Source: Dehalococcoidales bacterium (GTDB taxonomy: Bacteria; Chloroflexota; Dehalococcoidia; Dehalococcoidales; BS750m-G39). Taken from it: a stretch of DNA of 64,000 nucleotides. This document shows, piece by piece, positions 1 through 13,282 of the stretch. The stretch is from assembly GCA_022865485.1 (NCBI GenBank), contig JALHSZ010000006.1:1999-65998 (forward strand), given 5' to 3'. Positions within the stretch are counted from its first letter, which is position 1; each line of letters begins with the position of its first letter. The notes beneath the pieces are model-generated. The model worked only from the letters and a program-made list of their open reading frames with translations, had not been told where the DNA came from and ran no database searches. The translations under genes and the position numbers were made by a program.

Positions 1-789
1 GGTAATGCCGTCCAAAAGTATCACCACGTCCTTGGCGCTCTCCACCATCCGCTTGGCTCTCTCCAGCGCCAGCTCGGCGACGCGGGTGTGATTCTCCACC
101 GGCTCGTCGAATGTAGCCGATATAACCTCCCCCCGCACCGACTGCTTCATATCGGTAACCTCCTCCGGCCGCTCCCCGATAAGGCAAACGATGAGGTGAA
201 TATCGTTATAGTTGGTGCTGATGGCGTTGGCGATAGACTTGAGCAGGATGGTCTTACCCGCTTTGGGCGGCGACACAATCAAGCCCCGCTGCCCCCGCCC
301 GATGGGGGCGATCAGGTTCAAAAGTCGGGTGGAAAGCTCCTCGGGCTTGGTCTCCAGGTCGATTAATTTATTGGGAAAGGTGGGGGTCAGCGAGCCGAAA
401 GGCGAACGCTTCTTGACCATCTCCGGGTTCATCTCGTTAATCGTCTCCACCCTCACCAGCCCGAAATACTTCTCGCCGTCCTTGGGCGCTCTCACCTGCC
501 CCGCCACCACGTCCCCCGTGCGCAGCCCGAAACGCCTTATCTGCGACTGGGAAACATAGACATCGCCCGAGCTGGGCAGCAGGCTGCTCTGCCTCAAGAA
601 GCCGTAGCCCTCGCCGATAATCTCCAGGATACCCCCCGAAAAGTTATAGCCCTGTTGCTCGGCGTTAGCCTGCAGCAGTCGCTTCACCAGGTCCTGCTTC
701 TTAAGATTGGTGTAGCTGGAAACGCCCATCTCCTTGGCCATTTCGAGCAACTCGTCTCTGTTTTTACCTTCTAGTTCGCTAATGTTCAT
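1..789 (-). CDS. rho: Transcription termination factor Rho (N-terminal part; runs off the window edge)
   Basis: Translated by hand from ATG at 789: MNISELEGKNRDELLEMAKE...GYGFLR...DVYVSQSQIRRFGLRTGD...APIGRGQRGLIVSPPKAGKT...LIGERPEEVTD. Not in the ORF track because it is truncated. Confidence 0.97.
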   Translation of the reverse strand, partial: MNISELEGKNRDELLEMAKEMGVSSYTNLKKQDLVKRLLQANAEQQGYNFSGGILEIIGEGYGFLRQSSLLPSSGDVYVSQSQIRRFGLRTGDVVAGQVRAPKDGEKYFGLVRVETINEMNPEMVKKRSPFGSLTPTFPNKLIDLETKPEELSTRLLNLIAPIGRGQRGLIVSPPKAGKTILLKSIANAISTNYNDIHLIVCLIGERPEEVTDMKQSVRGEVISATFDEPVENHTRVAELALERAKRMVESAKDVVILLDGIT

Positions 790-829
790 AAGCGTCCTCC
801 ACCTTCTATGGTTATTTAACTATCCCACC

Positions 830-1480
830 CTATTGCTCTGAGAGGCGTTGCCAGTCGCCTTGGAAACGGGCGACGCCGATATCAGTAAGCGGGTGTTGTA
901 TCATCTGTGTCAGAACTTTATAAGGCACGGTGGCGATATGCGCCCCGGCCAGGGCCGCCGACACACAGTGCTGGGCATGGCGGATACTGGCGGCAATCAC
1001 CCGGGTGTCGAACTCGTAGTAGTCAAAGACATCCACGATGTCCCTGACCAGCCCCATGCCGTCCTCGCCGATATCGTCCAGCCGCCCCACGAAGGGGCTG
1101 ACGTAGCTGGCGCCGGCCAGCGCTCCCAGGATGGCCTGGTTCAGCGAAAAGCACAGGGTCATATTCACCTTTATCTTCTTCTTGGCCAGGGTCGATGTCG
1201 CCTCCAGCCCCGCGGCGGTAGCCGGTATTTTAACCACCACGTTAGGTGCCCAGGCGGCGATTTTTTGCGCCTGCTCGATCATGTCCTTGGCCTTCTCCAC
1301 CACCACCTCCGCCGAAACCGGCCCCGGTATGATGGAACAGATTTCCTTGACTACCGCCTCGTAGTCGGCTCTTCCCTCCTGGGAAACCAGGCTGGGGTTG
1401 GTGGTAACCCCGCTAATAACCCCCAGCCTGGCCGCCTGCCTGATTTGTTCGATATTGGCTGTATCCAGGAATATTTGCAT
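830..1480 (-). CDS. tal: Transaldolase / fructose-6-phosphate aldolase family
   Basis: IFLDTA, GVTTNPSL, VVKIP, YVSPFVGR motifs; ATG at 1480 follows AGGAGG. Confidence 0.93.
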   Translation of the reverse strand: MQIFLDTANIEQIRQAARLGVISGVTTNPSLVSQEGRADYEAVVKEICSIIPGPVSAEVVVEKAKDMIEQAQKIAAWAPNVVVKIPATAAGLEATSTLAKKKIKVNMTLCFSLNQAILGALAGASYVSPFVGRLDDIGEDGMGLVRDIVDVFDYYEFDTRVIAASIRHAQHCVSAALAGAHIATVPYKVLTQMIQHPLTDIGVARFQGDWQRLSEQ

Positions 1481-1515
1481 ACACACCTCCTTTTAGGTTG
1501 GTGTATTCTGTCACA

Positions 1516-3150
1516 CTAGGGGGAAATGGGCAGGGGTGGTTGCACCCCTTCCCGTAATACTTCTTTGGCGACACCGACGAAGTCGCGGAAGAGGGGATGG
1601 GGGTGGCCCGGTCGGGAGCCGAATTCGGGGTGGAACTGGCAGGCCAGCATCCAGGGGTGGTCGGCTAGCTCGCAGACCTCGACCAGCCGCCCGTCGGGCG
1701 AAAGCCCGCTAAAGACCATGCCCGCCTTCTCCAGCTGTTCGCGGTACTTGTTATTAAACTCGTAGCGGTGACGGTGGCGCTCCTCGACCAGCTCCTGCCC
1801 GTAGGCTTGAGCGGCGAGGCTGCCGTCCAACAGCTGGCAGGGGTAGTTGCCCAGGCGCATGGTGCCCCCCTTGCTCTTCTTGTCCTTCTGGTCGGGGAGG
1901 AGGTCGATGACGGGGTGTCGGGTGTCGGGGTCGAACTCGGTGGAGTTGGCCTCAGCCGAACCCAGAACGAAGCGGGCGAACTCGATAACCATCACCTGCA
2001 TCCCCAGGCAAAGCCCCAGATAGGGGATTTTATTCTCCCGGGCATAGGTGGCGGCTTTTATCATGCCCTCAATACCTCTAATGCCGAAGCCCCCGGGCAC
2101 GACGATGCCCTGAACTGAGCGCAGCGCCGAATAGTTGCCGTTATTTTCCAGCGTCTCCGAGGGCACCCAGCTCAGTTCCAGCTCCCGCCCGTGGTACAGG
2201 GCGGCGTGGTAAAGCGCCTCCCGCACCGAAAAATAGGCGTCCTTCAGCTCCACGTATTTACCCACCAGGGCGATGTTAACCGGCTGGCGGGGGGTCTTGA
2301 TAAGGTTGACCAGCTCCCGCCACTGGCTCAAGTCGGGTGGCTTGGGGTTAATCTTCAGCTTGTCCGTAATCAGTTGCCCCAGCCCCTCCGCCTCCAGCAC
2401 CAGCGGCACCTCGTAAATGGTGGCTACCGTGGTCAGGGGTATAACCGCCTTCTGCTCCACGTCGCAAAAGAGCGATATCTTATTCCTTATCTCCTCCGAG
2501 ATAGGGTGGTCGCTGCGGCAGACGATAATATCGGGCTGGATACCGATGCGCCGCAGCTCGTTGACGCTGTGCTGGGTGGGCTTGGTCTTAATCTCCTGGG
2601 TGGAATTAAGATAGGGCAGCAGGGTAACGTGAACGTAGAGAATATTATCCCGCCCCACCTCGTTGCGCATCTGCCGGATAGCCTCCAGGAAGGGCTGCCC
2701 CTCGATATCGCCCACCGTACCCCCCACCTCGATAATCACCACATCGGCTTTCGATTTCTCGGCCAGCCGCTTAAAGCGCTCCTTAATCTCCGAGGTAACG
2801 TGGGGCACCACCTGTATCGTCCCCCCCAGGAAGTCCCCCCGCCTCTCCTTGGCGATAACGTGGCTGTAGATTTGCCCCGAGGTCACGCTGGAATCGGCGG
2901 TCATGTTGACGTCGATAAAGCGCTCGTAGTTGCCCAGGTCGAGGTCAGTCTCGGCTCCGTCCTGGGTAACGAAGACCTCGCCGTGCTGGTAGGGCGACAT
3001 CGTCCCCGGGTCGACGTTGAGGTAGGGGTCCAGCTTCTGCGCCGTCACCGTAATCTGGCGACTCTTGAGGATGGTGCCGATGGAAGCGACGGTGATGCCT
3101 TTTCCAACGGAACTAACTACGCCACCAGTAACAAAAATATACTTTGACAT
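1516..3150 (-). CDS. pyrG: CTP synthase
   Basis: [49 protein letters not shown]. Confidence 0.99.
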   Translation of the reverse strand: MSKYIFVTGGVVSSVGKGITVASIGTILKSRQITVTAQKLDPYLNVDPGTMSPYQHGEVFVTQDGAETDLDLGNYERFIDVNMTADSSVTSGQIYSHVIAKERRGDFLGGTIQVVPHVTSEIKERFKRLAEKSKADVVIIEVGGTVGDIEGQPFLEAIRQMRNEVGRDNILYVHVTLLPYLNSTQEIKTKPTQHSVNELRRIGIQPDIIVCRSDHPISEEIRNKISLFCDVEQKAVIPLTTVATIYEVPLVLEAEGLGQLITDKLKINPKPPDLSQWRELVNLIKTPRQPVNIALVGKYVELKDAYFSVREALYHAALYHGRELELSWVPSETLENNGNYSALRSVQGIVVPGGFGIRGIEGMIKAATYARENKIPYLGLCLGMQVMVIEFARFVLGSAEANSTEFDPDTRHPVIDLLPDQKDKKSKGGTMRLGNYPCQLLDGSLAAQAYGQELVEERHRHRYEFNNKYREQLEKAGMVFSGLSPDGRLVEVCELADHPWMLACQFHPEFGSRPGHPHPLFRDFVGVAKEVLREGVQPPLPISP

Positions 3151-3301
3151 CTGGGGAACCGAACTCTAAGAACTCAATAAAAGCAGCCTTGGCATTAGAG
3201 TGGGGGTTTCTTAATATTATAAAGACGTAAGCACACCTTGTCAATAGGCTGAAATGCCCAGTTTGTCTTGGCGGGCAGGGCGGTGCTATTATGGTAGAGC
3301 T

Positions 3302-3868
3302 GTGAAACAAAAGCTCCGGGAAGCCTTTGCCCGCCGCCAGAAGCAAACCATCACCGCCCCCGGGCGCATAGCCTCGGCGGTGCTGTTGCCCATATATTAT
3401 AAAGAAGGGCAGTGCCATATCCTCTTCACCCGCCGCACCGAAAAGGTCAAGGAACACAAAGGGCAAATCTCCTTCCCCGGCGGCGCCCGCCAGGACGGCG
3501 AAAGCCTGCTCGATGCCGCCCTGCGCGAGGCGGCGGAAGAGATAAGCCTCTCCCCCGCCGACGTCGAGGTGCTGGGCGAGCTGGACGACACGGTGACGGT
3601 GGTCTCCAACTATATCGTCACCCCCTTCGTCGGCGTTATCCCCTGGCCCCATAACCTCAAGGCCGACGGCTGGGAAACCGACGAGCTCATCGAGGCGCCC
3701 ATTGCCACGCTGCTGGACAAAAACTCGCGGGAAGATAAGGACGAGGTCATCGAGGGCAAACCGGTCACCTCGTACTTTTACCACTACGGGGGCAGGGTCA
3801 TCTGGGGAGCCACCGCCCGCATCCTCTACCAGTTCCTGGAGCTATACGCCCGGGCCATAAAGAGCTAG
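3302..3868 (+). CDS. Nudix hydrolase, CoA pyrophosphatase (NudL-like)
   Basis: HKGQISFPGG...ALREAAEE Nudix box and IWGATA; likely GTG start at 3302. Confidence 0.9.
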   Translation: MKQKLREAFARRQKQTITAPGRIASAVLLPIYYKEGQCHILFTRRTEKVKEHKGQISFPGGARQDGESLLDAALREAAEEISLSPADVEVLGELDDTVTVVSNYIVTPFVGVIPWPHNLKADGWETDELIEAPIATLLDKNSREDKDEVIEGKPVTSYFYHYGGRVIWGATARILYQFLELYARAIKS

Positions 3869-3921
3869 GCAACCACTCCTTGTCAACCTTAGAAAATTTT
3901 GTTAACTTTCCTCTTAAATTA

Positions 3922-3950
3922 TTGACAAAATCCCTATTATCGTTTATAAT
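3922..3950 (+). promoter_or_regulatory. Consensus sigma70 promoter of the cbpA-hspR-clp operon
   Basis: TTGACA-17 nt-TATAAT exact match. Confidence 0.85.
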
Positions 3951-3974
3951 AGTCCCTACCTGGAGAGAGTTAAA

Positions 3975-4874
3975 ATGGCCGGCAAGAACTACTACAATAT
4001 ATTAGGGGTTAACCGCAGTGCCACCGAGCGCGAGATAAAACAGGCTTACCGCAAGCTGGCGCGCCAGCACCACCCCGACGTCAACCCCGGCGACAAGTCG
4101 GCTGAGGAAAAGTTCAAGCAGATAAACGAGGCTTACGAAGTCCTCTCCGACGAGAAAAAGCGCCGGAAATACGATAAGTACGGCGACCAGTGGCAGCACG
4201 CCGACCAGTTCGAACAACAGGCGCGGCAGCAGCCGGGCTGGAACTTTCAGCGGGGTGGTGGTGGCAGGGTCTATTTCAACGAGGAAGAAGCCGGCAGCAT
4301 CTTCGACGACCTCTTCCGCGGTTTCGGCGGCAGGGCGGGGGGACGCCCCCAGCCGAGGAAAGGCCGCGACCTCGAGTTCCCGCTGGAGGTGACCCTGGAA
4401 GAAGCCTACAGCGGCACCACCCGCACCCTGAGCATGGCTGACGGCAAGCGCCTCGAGGTCAAGATTCCCCCCGGGGTCAAGGACGGCTCCCGCGTCCGCA
4501 TCAGCGGCAAAGGCGGAGAGGGCCACGGCGGGGTCAAGGGCGACCTCTACCTGGTGACCTCGGTCAAGCCCCACCGCCTCTTCCACCGGCACGGCGACGA
4601 CCTCCATGTCGATGTGTCCGTGCCCCTGGTGGTGGCGATGCTGGGCGGCGAGGTCAAGCTAACCACCCCCAAAGGCAAGCTGTCGTTAAAGATTCCCCCC
4701 GAGACCCAGAACGGGCGCACCTTTCGCCTGGCGGGGCAGGGCATGCCCCATCTGGGCGATTCGTCGCGGGGCGACCTGCTGGCCCTGGTCAAGGTGGTGC
4801 TGCCCACCAAACTGACCGACGAGGAAAAGGAGCTCTTCCGGAAGCTCGGCCGGCTCCGCCCCGGTAAGGGTTAA
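3975..4874 (+). CDS. cbpA: DnaJ-class co-chaperone without Zn finger (CbpA-like)
   Basis: J domain with HPD, C-terminal DnaJ domain, no CxxCxGxG repeats. Confidence 0.9.
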   Translation: MAGKNYYNILGVNRSATEREIKQAYRKLARQHHPDVNPGDKSAEEKFKQINEAYEVLSDEKKRRKYDKYGDQWQHADQFEQQARQQPGWNFQRGGGGRVYFNEEEAGSIFDDLFRGFGGRAGGRPQPRKGRDLEFPLEVTLEEAYSGTTRTLSMADGKRLEVKIPPGVKDGSRVRISGKGGEGHGGVKGDLYLVTSVKPHRLFHRHGDDLHVDVSVPLVVAMLGGEVKLTTPKGKLSLKIPPETQNGRTFRLAGQGMPHLGDSSRGDLLALVKVVLPTKLTDEEKELFRKLGRLRPGKG

Positions 4875-4886
4875 GGAAGGCTAACG

Positions 4887-5210
4887 ATGAGGATGAAAGA
4901 TTCAGCTGAAAACGAGCCCCGCTACGTGATAAGCATTGCCGCCCGCATGGTCGGCGTGCAGACCCACACCCTGCGCTACTACGAAAAGGTCGGCATCGTC
5001 GAGCCTTCCCGCTCGCGGGGCAACATCCGCTTATACTCGGAGAGAGATATCGCCCACCTCAGGCGGGTCAAGACCCTCATGGACGATATGGGGGTCAACC
5101 TGGCCGGGGTGGAGGTTATAATGCGCATGGTGCAGCAGATGCTAGAGATGCAAAACCAGTTGCAGGAGCTGGAGTCGGAGCTCCACAGATTCGAAGAGCC
5201 CGGGCCGTAG
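4887..5210 (+). CDS. hspR: MerR-family heat-shock repressor, HspR-like
   Basis: YVISIAARMVGVQTHTLRYYE...RLYS...GVNLAGV; lies between cbpA and clp. Confidence 0.85.
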   Translation: MRMKDSAENEPRYVISIAARMVGVQTHTLRYYEKVGIVEPSRSRGNIRLYSERDIAHLRRVKTLMDDMGVNLAGVEVIMRMVQQMLEMQNQLQELESELHRFEEPGP

Positions 5211-5254
5211 TCGTAAGACGGCAATAAATATATTAAATATATAAGGTATGTGAC

Positions 5255-7705
<2,451 letters not shown>

Positions 7706-7732
7706 AACCGGCTGATATAAATTCTTGATATT

Positions 7733-7752
7733 TATTAATGATAGCATTAATA
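7733..7752. promoter_or_regulatory. Perfect inverted repeat, candidate operator
   Basis: TATTAATG-ATAG-CATTAATA upstream of the RBS of the gene at 7767. Confidence 0.45.
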
Positions 7753-7766
7753 TATGAGGAGAATTT

Positions 7767-8423
7767 TTGTGTCCGGAAAGACAGGCGAGGTTAAGGGTGG
7801 GCTTTAGCTGGGAATGGCTCAAAAGAGCTTCAAAGCGGTGGGAGTATTACGTCGGTATCGGTGGCTTACTCATAACGGTGGCGGTGGTGGTGGCGGTCAT
7901 TTTTTTCCGGGAGGAGCTACGCGCCCTTGAGCATTTCGGCTATCTCGGCGCCTTTGTTATCAGCGTCTTCGGCGGCGCCACCATCATCGCCCCGATACCG
8001 ATGACGCCGGTGATTTTCGCCCTGGGCGCGGTGATGAAGCCCGACTTCGCCCCCTACATGGGCCCCATCTTTGTCGGTATCGCCGCTGGTCTGGGCGAAA
8101 CGTTGGGGGGAATTTCCATCTATATGACGGGCTACGGCGGCGGCACCGCCCTCCATGATATGAAGGAAGGCAAGATTAAGGCGGGTTACCAGCGCATGAC
8201 GGGCTGGGTGGAAAGACGGGGCTCGCTGACCCTATTTGTCCTCTCGGCGGTGGTCAACCCCTTCTTCTATCCGGCGGCGCTGGCGGCGGGGGCGCTCCGC
8301 TTCGGCATCTGGCGCTATACTTTCATTTGTATTATTGGTAAGACGATTAAGGGGATAACGGTGGCAGCGGTGGGCTACTGGGGCCTGGGCGGCATCCTCC
8401 GGGCGCTGGGCGTTCCGGTCTAG
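7767..8423 (+). CDS. VTT/DedA-like (SNARE-associated) membrane protein
   Basis: Several TM segments; APIP, GxGETLG..Y..G and NPFF..A..AAG patterns. Confidence 0.75.
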   Translation: MCPERQARLRVGFSWEWLKRASKRWEYYVGIGGLLITVAVVVAVIFFREELRALEHFGYLGAFVISVFGGATIIAPIPMTPVIFALGAVMKPDFAPYMGPIFVGIAAGLGETLGGISIYMTGYGGGTALHDMKEGKIKAGYQRMTGWVERRGSLTLFVLSAVVNPFFYPAALAAGALRFGIWRYTFICIIGKTIKGITVAAVGYWGLGGILRALGVPV

Positions 8424-8469
8424 GCTTGCACCCGCCGCCGTTTTTTGCTAGATTAACTATTGTCCTGAT

Positions 8470-8545
8470 GGGGCCGTAGTTCACTTGGGAGAACGTTTGA
8501 CTGGCAGTCAAAAGGTAGGGGGTTCGAATCCCCCCGGCTCCACCA
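8470..8545 (+). tRNA. tRNA-Ala(GGC)
   Basis: Acceptor stem GGGGCCG/CGGCTCC with G3:U70, anticodon loop CTGGCAG, GGTTCGAATC T-loop, encoded CCA. Confidence 0.97.
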
Positions 8546-8662
8546 CCCCACCCCAGGTCTTTCTCCGCCTCCCCAATTAGCTCTTTCGCCCTTCGGCGGG
8601 ACGATGACTGTAAAAATTTTGGCTGTTGGCGTATAATGGTGAACTAATTTGGGGATGCAAAG

Positions 8663-9310
8663 GTGACGACTAAAGAGACTACAAGCTCGCGCAAGAGGCA
8701 ATATATTGCCCTCGGCTTAATGGCCGCCATAGTAATCATAAGTGTCGGTGGCTCCATTTTCCTCGTTTTTAACTGGGAATACGTAGAACAGCTTCAGAGT
8801 AAAGGTCTTTTCGGGCTTCTCATCATCTCCCTGTTCGCCGGCTCGCCGATACCGATACCGACCCCCAGCATGATATTGACCTTTACTTTAGGCAGTCTGT
8901 TGAACCCGGCGTTAGTGGGGCTGGTCTCCGGTCTGGGCAATGGTATCGGCAACGCGCTTATCTACTGGAGCGGTCGCGGCGGGCTCGAGTTGTTCAAGAG
9001 TTTCGGCATTTCCGGTCAGGATGGCGAACCTTCCTCGCGAATAGGTCGGTTTTTCAAGAAGCTAAAAATACAGCAACTGCTGAATCGCGCCAGGGGCAGG
9101 GTACTGCTGACCGTTTTCTTGCTCTCCATCTATCCCAACCCCGTCCTCACCCCGATGATTCTCGGTATGGGAGCGTCGCGCTTCAGCTTTACCAGATTCT
9201 TTGTTACCATCTGTGTGGGTAAGACCGTCCAGAGCATGCTCCTGGCCTATCTGGGTTATTTCGGTCTGCGTTCCCTGTTGAGTTATTTTGGCATATTTGA
9301 TATACCCTGA
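8663..9310 (+). CDS. VTT/DedA-like membrane protein, paralogous to 7767-8423
   Basis: PIPIP, GLGNGIG..IY..G and PNP motifs in the same layout. Confidence 0.72.
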   Translation: MTTKETTSSRKRQYIALGLMAAIVIISVGGSIFLVFNWEYVEQLQSKGLFGLLIISLFAGSPIPIPTPSMILTFTLGSLLNPALVGLVSGLGNGIGNALIYWSGRGGLELFKSFGISGQDGEPSSRIGRFFKKLKIQQLLNRARGRVLLTVFLLSIYPNPVLTPMILGMGASRFSFTRFFVTICVGKTVQSMLLAYLGYFGLRSLLSYFGIFDIP

Positions 9311-9346
9311 ACTCTAACCCCGCCCCACCCAGGTTGTTTTCCCCCC

Positions 9347-10618
9347 CTAAATCACCACCCTCTTCGGCCAGGCTTCCTTGAGGCAGGCTCCCCAGAGCCT
9401 CTCCAGATAGGCGTGCGTGTATTCCTTCTCGATGAGGTGGAAAAGGTAAGCCCCACTTTCGGTCAGATAGATGGTATCCCCCCGCCGCTCGATAACCCCC
9501 AGCCCCTTGAGCAGGGGCAGCAGCCCCCGGATAGGGAAGGGAAGCCCCCGGCCGAAAAGCTGCTTGAGCTTACCCGTGTCGATGGCTAAATCGTAGCACC
9601 GCCAGAACAGCCAGTAGGCGAGCTTATCCCTGTCGTCCAGTTTGGCAGCCAGAGCCGGCTTCAAGCCTTTTGCCGTCGCCCTGATATATTCGGGCAGGGA
9701 AAAGGTGTTCACCGAGAAGTAGTCCCCCATCATCGTCGAGGCGCCCACCCCCACCCCCACGAAAGAGTCCTTGGTGACGGTGGTGTAGCGTCTCGCCTCC
9801 GGCTTGTTGAAACTCCAGATAGACGTCCTCCGGTAGCCCGCCGCCGAGGCTGCCTTTACGGCGACCTTGAGCATCTCCCTTTCCGCCCACCAGCCCGGCA
9901 TTTCAGCCTTCGCCCTCTCCAGCTTTTGCCTGAAGGGCATATAGGCAAAGAACATCAGTGGATAAGCGGATAGCTGGTCGGCGCCGAGCGCAACGGCGTA
10001 GCCGATGTCGTCCTCCAACTCGTCTACGCTCTGCCCGGGGATGGCGAATATCAGGTCGATATCCACGGTGGCGAAGCCCGCCCCGAGAACTCTCTGGCAG
10101 GCCTCTTTAGCTAAATTACTATCGTAGTCGCGCCCCAGGGCTTTGAGCCGCTGGTCGTTAAAGCTCTGCACCCCCAGGCTCACCATATTAACCCCGCTAT
10201 CCCTCAGGGACTTTAGAACGGAATTAGTGGCATCCAGCGGATGCACCTCGACCCCAATCTCGCCGCCGAGGTGGAAATTCCGCTTCAGCCATTCCAGGGT
10301 TTCGCCGATTATCTCCGGTGTCAGCGAGGGGGTGCCCCCGCCGAAATAGACCGACTCCACGCTGGCGTTTCCCCACCGCCCCCGGTAGCCCTCCAGCTCC
10401 TTGATTATCGCCTGCTTATAGGCGGCGCTGGTTGCATGGTTGTAGACTGCTTTCACGTAGGGGCAGAAGGGGCAGAGCTGGCGGCAGAAGGGCAGGTGGA
10501 TGTAGAGGTTGATGCCTGACGGGTTCGGCGGCAGAGTAACCTCCTGCGGCTCGAAAACGAAGGAACTGGTTTTGCCGGAAAGGAGGAGGCGAAAGATTTT
10601 GGGTAGAAGGCGTCTCAT
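9347..10618 (-). CDS. HemN/HemW-like radical SAM protein
   Basis: LYIHLPFCRQLCPFC, YFGGGTPS, SLGVQSF, DLIFAIPGQ; lacks the HNxxYW motif of HemW. Confidence 0.85.
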   Translation of the reverse strand: MRRLLPKIFRLLLSGKTSSFVFEPQEVTLPPNPSGINLYIHLPFCRQLCPFCPYVKAVYNHATSAAYKQAIIKELEGYRGRWGNASVESVYFGGGTPSLTPEIIGETLEWLKRNFHLGGEIGVEVHPLDATNSVLKSLRDSGVNMVSLGVQSFNDQRLKALGRDYDSNLAKEACQRVLGAGFATVDIDLIFAIPGQSVDELEDDIGYAVALGADQLSAYPLMFFAYMPFRQKLERAKAEMPGWWAEREMLKVAVKAASAAGYRRTSIWSFNKPEARRYTTVTKDSFVGVGVGASTMMGDYFSVNTFSLPEYIRATAKGLKPALAAKLDDRDKLAYWLFWRCYDLAIDTGKLKQLFGRGLPFPIRGLLPLLKGLGVIERRGDTIYLTESGAYLFHLIEKEYTHAYLERLWGACLKEAWPKRVVI

Positions 10619-10679
10619 AAAACGGAATTATACCACCAATTGCTAGACCGCCTCACCCTTTCCCCCCCCAAAGGTCTTT

Positions 10680-10735
10680 CTTCCCACCCTGCCCACCCTA
10701 CAGAGGTGTCACCTCTATAGACTTCTCTCCCCCAA
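10680..10735 (-). repeat. Intergenic repeat family B: AGAGG hairpin plus G4 motif
   Basis: Minus strand reads GAAGTCTATAGAGGTGACACCTCTGTAGGGTGGGCAGGGTGGGAA; similar to 26445-26495 and 63655-63710. Confidence 0.75.
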
Positions 10736-10737
10736 CA

Positions 10738-10766
10738 TTGCACCTCACAGGCTTTATTGCTACAAT
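10738..10766 (+). promoter_or_regulatory. leuS promoter
   Basis: TTGCAC-17 nt-TACAAT with TG extension, 13 nt before the ATG; no SD. Confidence 0.55.
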
Positions 10767-10779
10767 TAGCCCCAGTAAA

Positions 10780-13227
10780 ATGACCGCCAACTATAACCCC
10801 GGAGCAATCGAAAAGAAGTGGCAGCAGCGCTGGGCGGATGACAAACTTTATGAAACCAGCGAGGACTCCCCCCGCCCCAAGTGGTACGCCCTGACCATGT
10901 TCCCCTACACCTCGGGCGACCTGCACATCGGCCACTGGTACGCCATGGCGCCCTCCGATGTCAGCGCCCGCTTCAAGCGGATGCAGGGCTACAACGTGCT
11001 CCACCCGATGGGCTTCGACGCCTTCGGGCTGCCCGCCGAGAACGCCGCCATCAAGCGCGGCATTCACCCCTTCGTCTGGACGATGCAGAACGTAGATAAC
11101 ATGCGCCGCCAGCTCAAGAGCCTGGGCGCCATCTACGACTGGAGCCGCGAGGTCATCACCTGCCTGCCCGACTACTACAAGTGGACGCAGTGGTTCTTCC
11201 TGAAACTCTACGAGCACGGGCTGGCTTACCGTGGCCAGGCTCAGGTCAACTGGTGCCCCCAGTGCCAGACGGTGCTGGCTACCGAGCAGGTACTGGACGG
11301 CTCCTGCGAGCGTTGCGGGGAGGACGTCATCAAGCGCGATTTAGAGCAATGGTTCTTCCGCATCACCAAATACGCCGACGAGCTTATGGAGTTCGACGGC
11401 ATCGACTGGCCCGAGCGCATCAAGATAATGCAGCGCAACTGGGTGGGCAAGAGCACCGGCACCGAAATCTCCTTCGCTTTAGACCACCCCGCCGCCAAAG
11501 AAAAAGAAATACGGGTCTTCACCACCCGCCCCGACACCGCCTTCGGCGTCACCTTTATGGTCTTAGCCCCCGAGCACCCGCTGGTAGAAAGGCTGACCTA
11601 GCCCGATAAAAAAGCCGAGGTCGAGGACTATATCGCCAGGACCCGCCGCCAGACCGAGATAGAAAGGCTATCCACCGAAAAAGAGAAGGACGGCGTCTTC
11701 ATCGGCTCTTATGTTACCAACCGCCTCAACGGCGAAAAGGTGCCCATCTGGATTGCCGACTACGTGCTGTTGGGCTACGGCACGGGCGCGGTAATGGCGG
11801 TGCCCGCCCACGACGAGCGCGATTTCGCCTTCGCCAAGAAGTATAACCTGCCCATCAGGGTGGTGGTGGCGCCCCCCGACTGGGACGGCAAAGAACTCGA
11901 AGAAGCCTATATTGAGCCGGGGGCTATGGTCAATTCGGGGCAGTTCAACGGCCTGCCCAGCGAAAAGGGCATCGAGGCTATCAGCGATTTCCTGGAGAAG
12001 AAAGGCTGGGGCAAACGCGCGGTAAGCTACCGCCTCCGCGACTGGCTCATCTCCCGCCAGCGCTACTGGGGCGCGCCCATCCCCATGGTTTACTGCCAAA
12101 AGTGCGGCGTCGTCCCCGTCCCCGAAAAAGACCTCCCCGTATTACTCCCCGAAGACGCCGAGTTCAAGCCCACGGGCGAATCTCCGCTCAAATACAACGA
12201 GAAGTTCGTCAACACCAAGTGCCCCAGGTGCGGCTCTCCGTCCAAGCGCGAGACGGACACTATGGACACCTTTATGTGCTCATCGTGGTATTTCCTGCGC
12301 TACGCCAGCCCCCACTACGAAAAAGCCGCCTTCGACGATAAAAAAGCGAAGTACTGGTTGCCGGTAGACCTCTATACCGGTGGCGCCGAGCACGCCGTGA
12401 TGCACCTCTTCTACGCCCGCTTCTTTGCCAAGGCGCTGCGGGATATGGGAATTATCGGCTTCGGCGAGCCTTTTACCCGCTTATTCAACCAGGGCGTCAT
12501 CATCGCCGAAAAGCATAAGATGAGCAAATCGCGGGGCAACGTCATCACCCCCGATGCCTATGTCTCCGAGCTGGGCGCCGACGCCGTGCGCGCCTATCTC
12601 ATGTTTGTCGCCCCCTGGGAGCAGGGCGGCGAGTGGAACGACAGCGGCATCAGCGGTATAAGCCGCTGGCTCAACCGCCTCTGGAACCTGGTGCTGGGTG
12701 GCTATAGCCAGGATGCCAAAGACAACCCCGCCGACCAGGAACGCGCCCTGTCCCGCCTCACCCACCAGACCATCCGCAAGGTAACCCAGGACCTGGAAAA
12801 GCTCCGCCTCAACACCATGATTGCGGCCCTTATGGAATACACCAATTACATGGCTAAAGCCAGGGATGAAGGGATAATCAGTAACGCCGCCTGGAAAGAG
12901 GCTATCGACACTCTTATGCTGCTTTTGGCCCCCACCGCCCCCCACCTCGCCGAGGAGCTCTGGCAGCAGACCGGGCACCAGTACAGCATCCATAACCAGA
13001 GCTGGCCCAAATGGGACGAGGCATTAGCTAGAGACGAAGAACTGACGTTAGTCGTTCAGGTCAACGGCAAGCTCCGCGAGCGTATGGCGGTGCCCGCCTC
13101 CATCACCGAGGACGAAGCTAAAGAAAAGGCTCTAGCCAGCCCGAAAGTCAAAGCCTACACCGAGGGCAAGAAGATAATTAAAGTAATATATGTCCCCGGT
13201 AGGCTAGTAAATATTGTCGTTAAATAA
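10780..13227 (+). CDS. leuS: Leucine--tRNA ligase with one in-frame TAG at 11599-11601
   Basis: [25 protein letters not shown] and KMSKS motifs. Track ORFs 10738..11601 and 11740..13227 share a frame, and the codons between them read [33 protein letters not shown]. Confidence 0.95.
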
Positions 13228-13282
13228 ATAAAAGAAGTCCGAGAGGGACAAAGTCCCTCTTAAGAAAAAGGGGTAAGACAAA

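Noticed and set aside
2191-3147. Long antisense and alternate-frame ORFs in the track (e.g. 2191-3147, 23271-24116, 28520-29506)
   Set aside because: Shadows of GC-rich real genes; they overlap well-supported CDSs and show no motifs.
3870-3975. HAIR operator for HspR
   Set aside because: No CTTGAGT-N7-ACTCAAG match was found; only a weak TCCCTA direct repeat.
11740-13227. Naturally split two-subunit LeuRS
   Set aside because: The GTG at 11740 has no SD and would drop 46 conserved-looking CP1 codons that remain open in frame.
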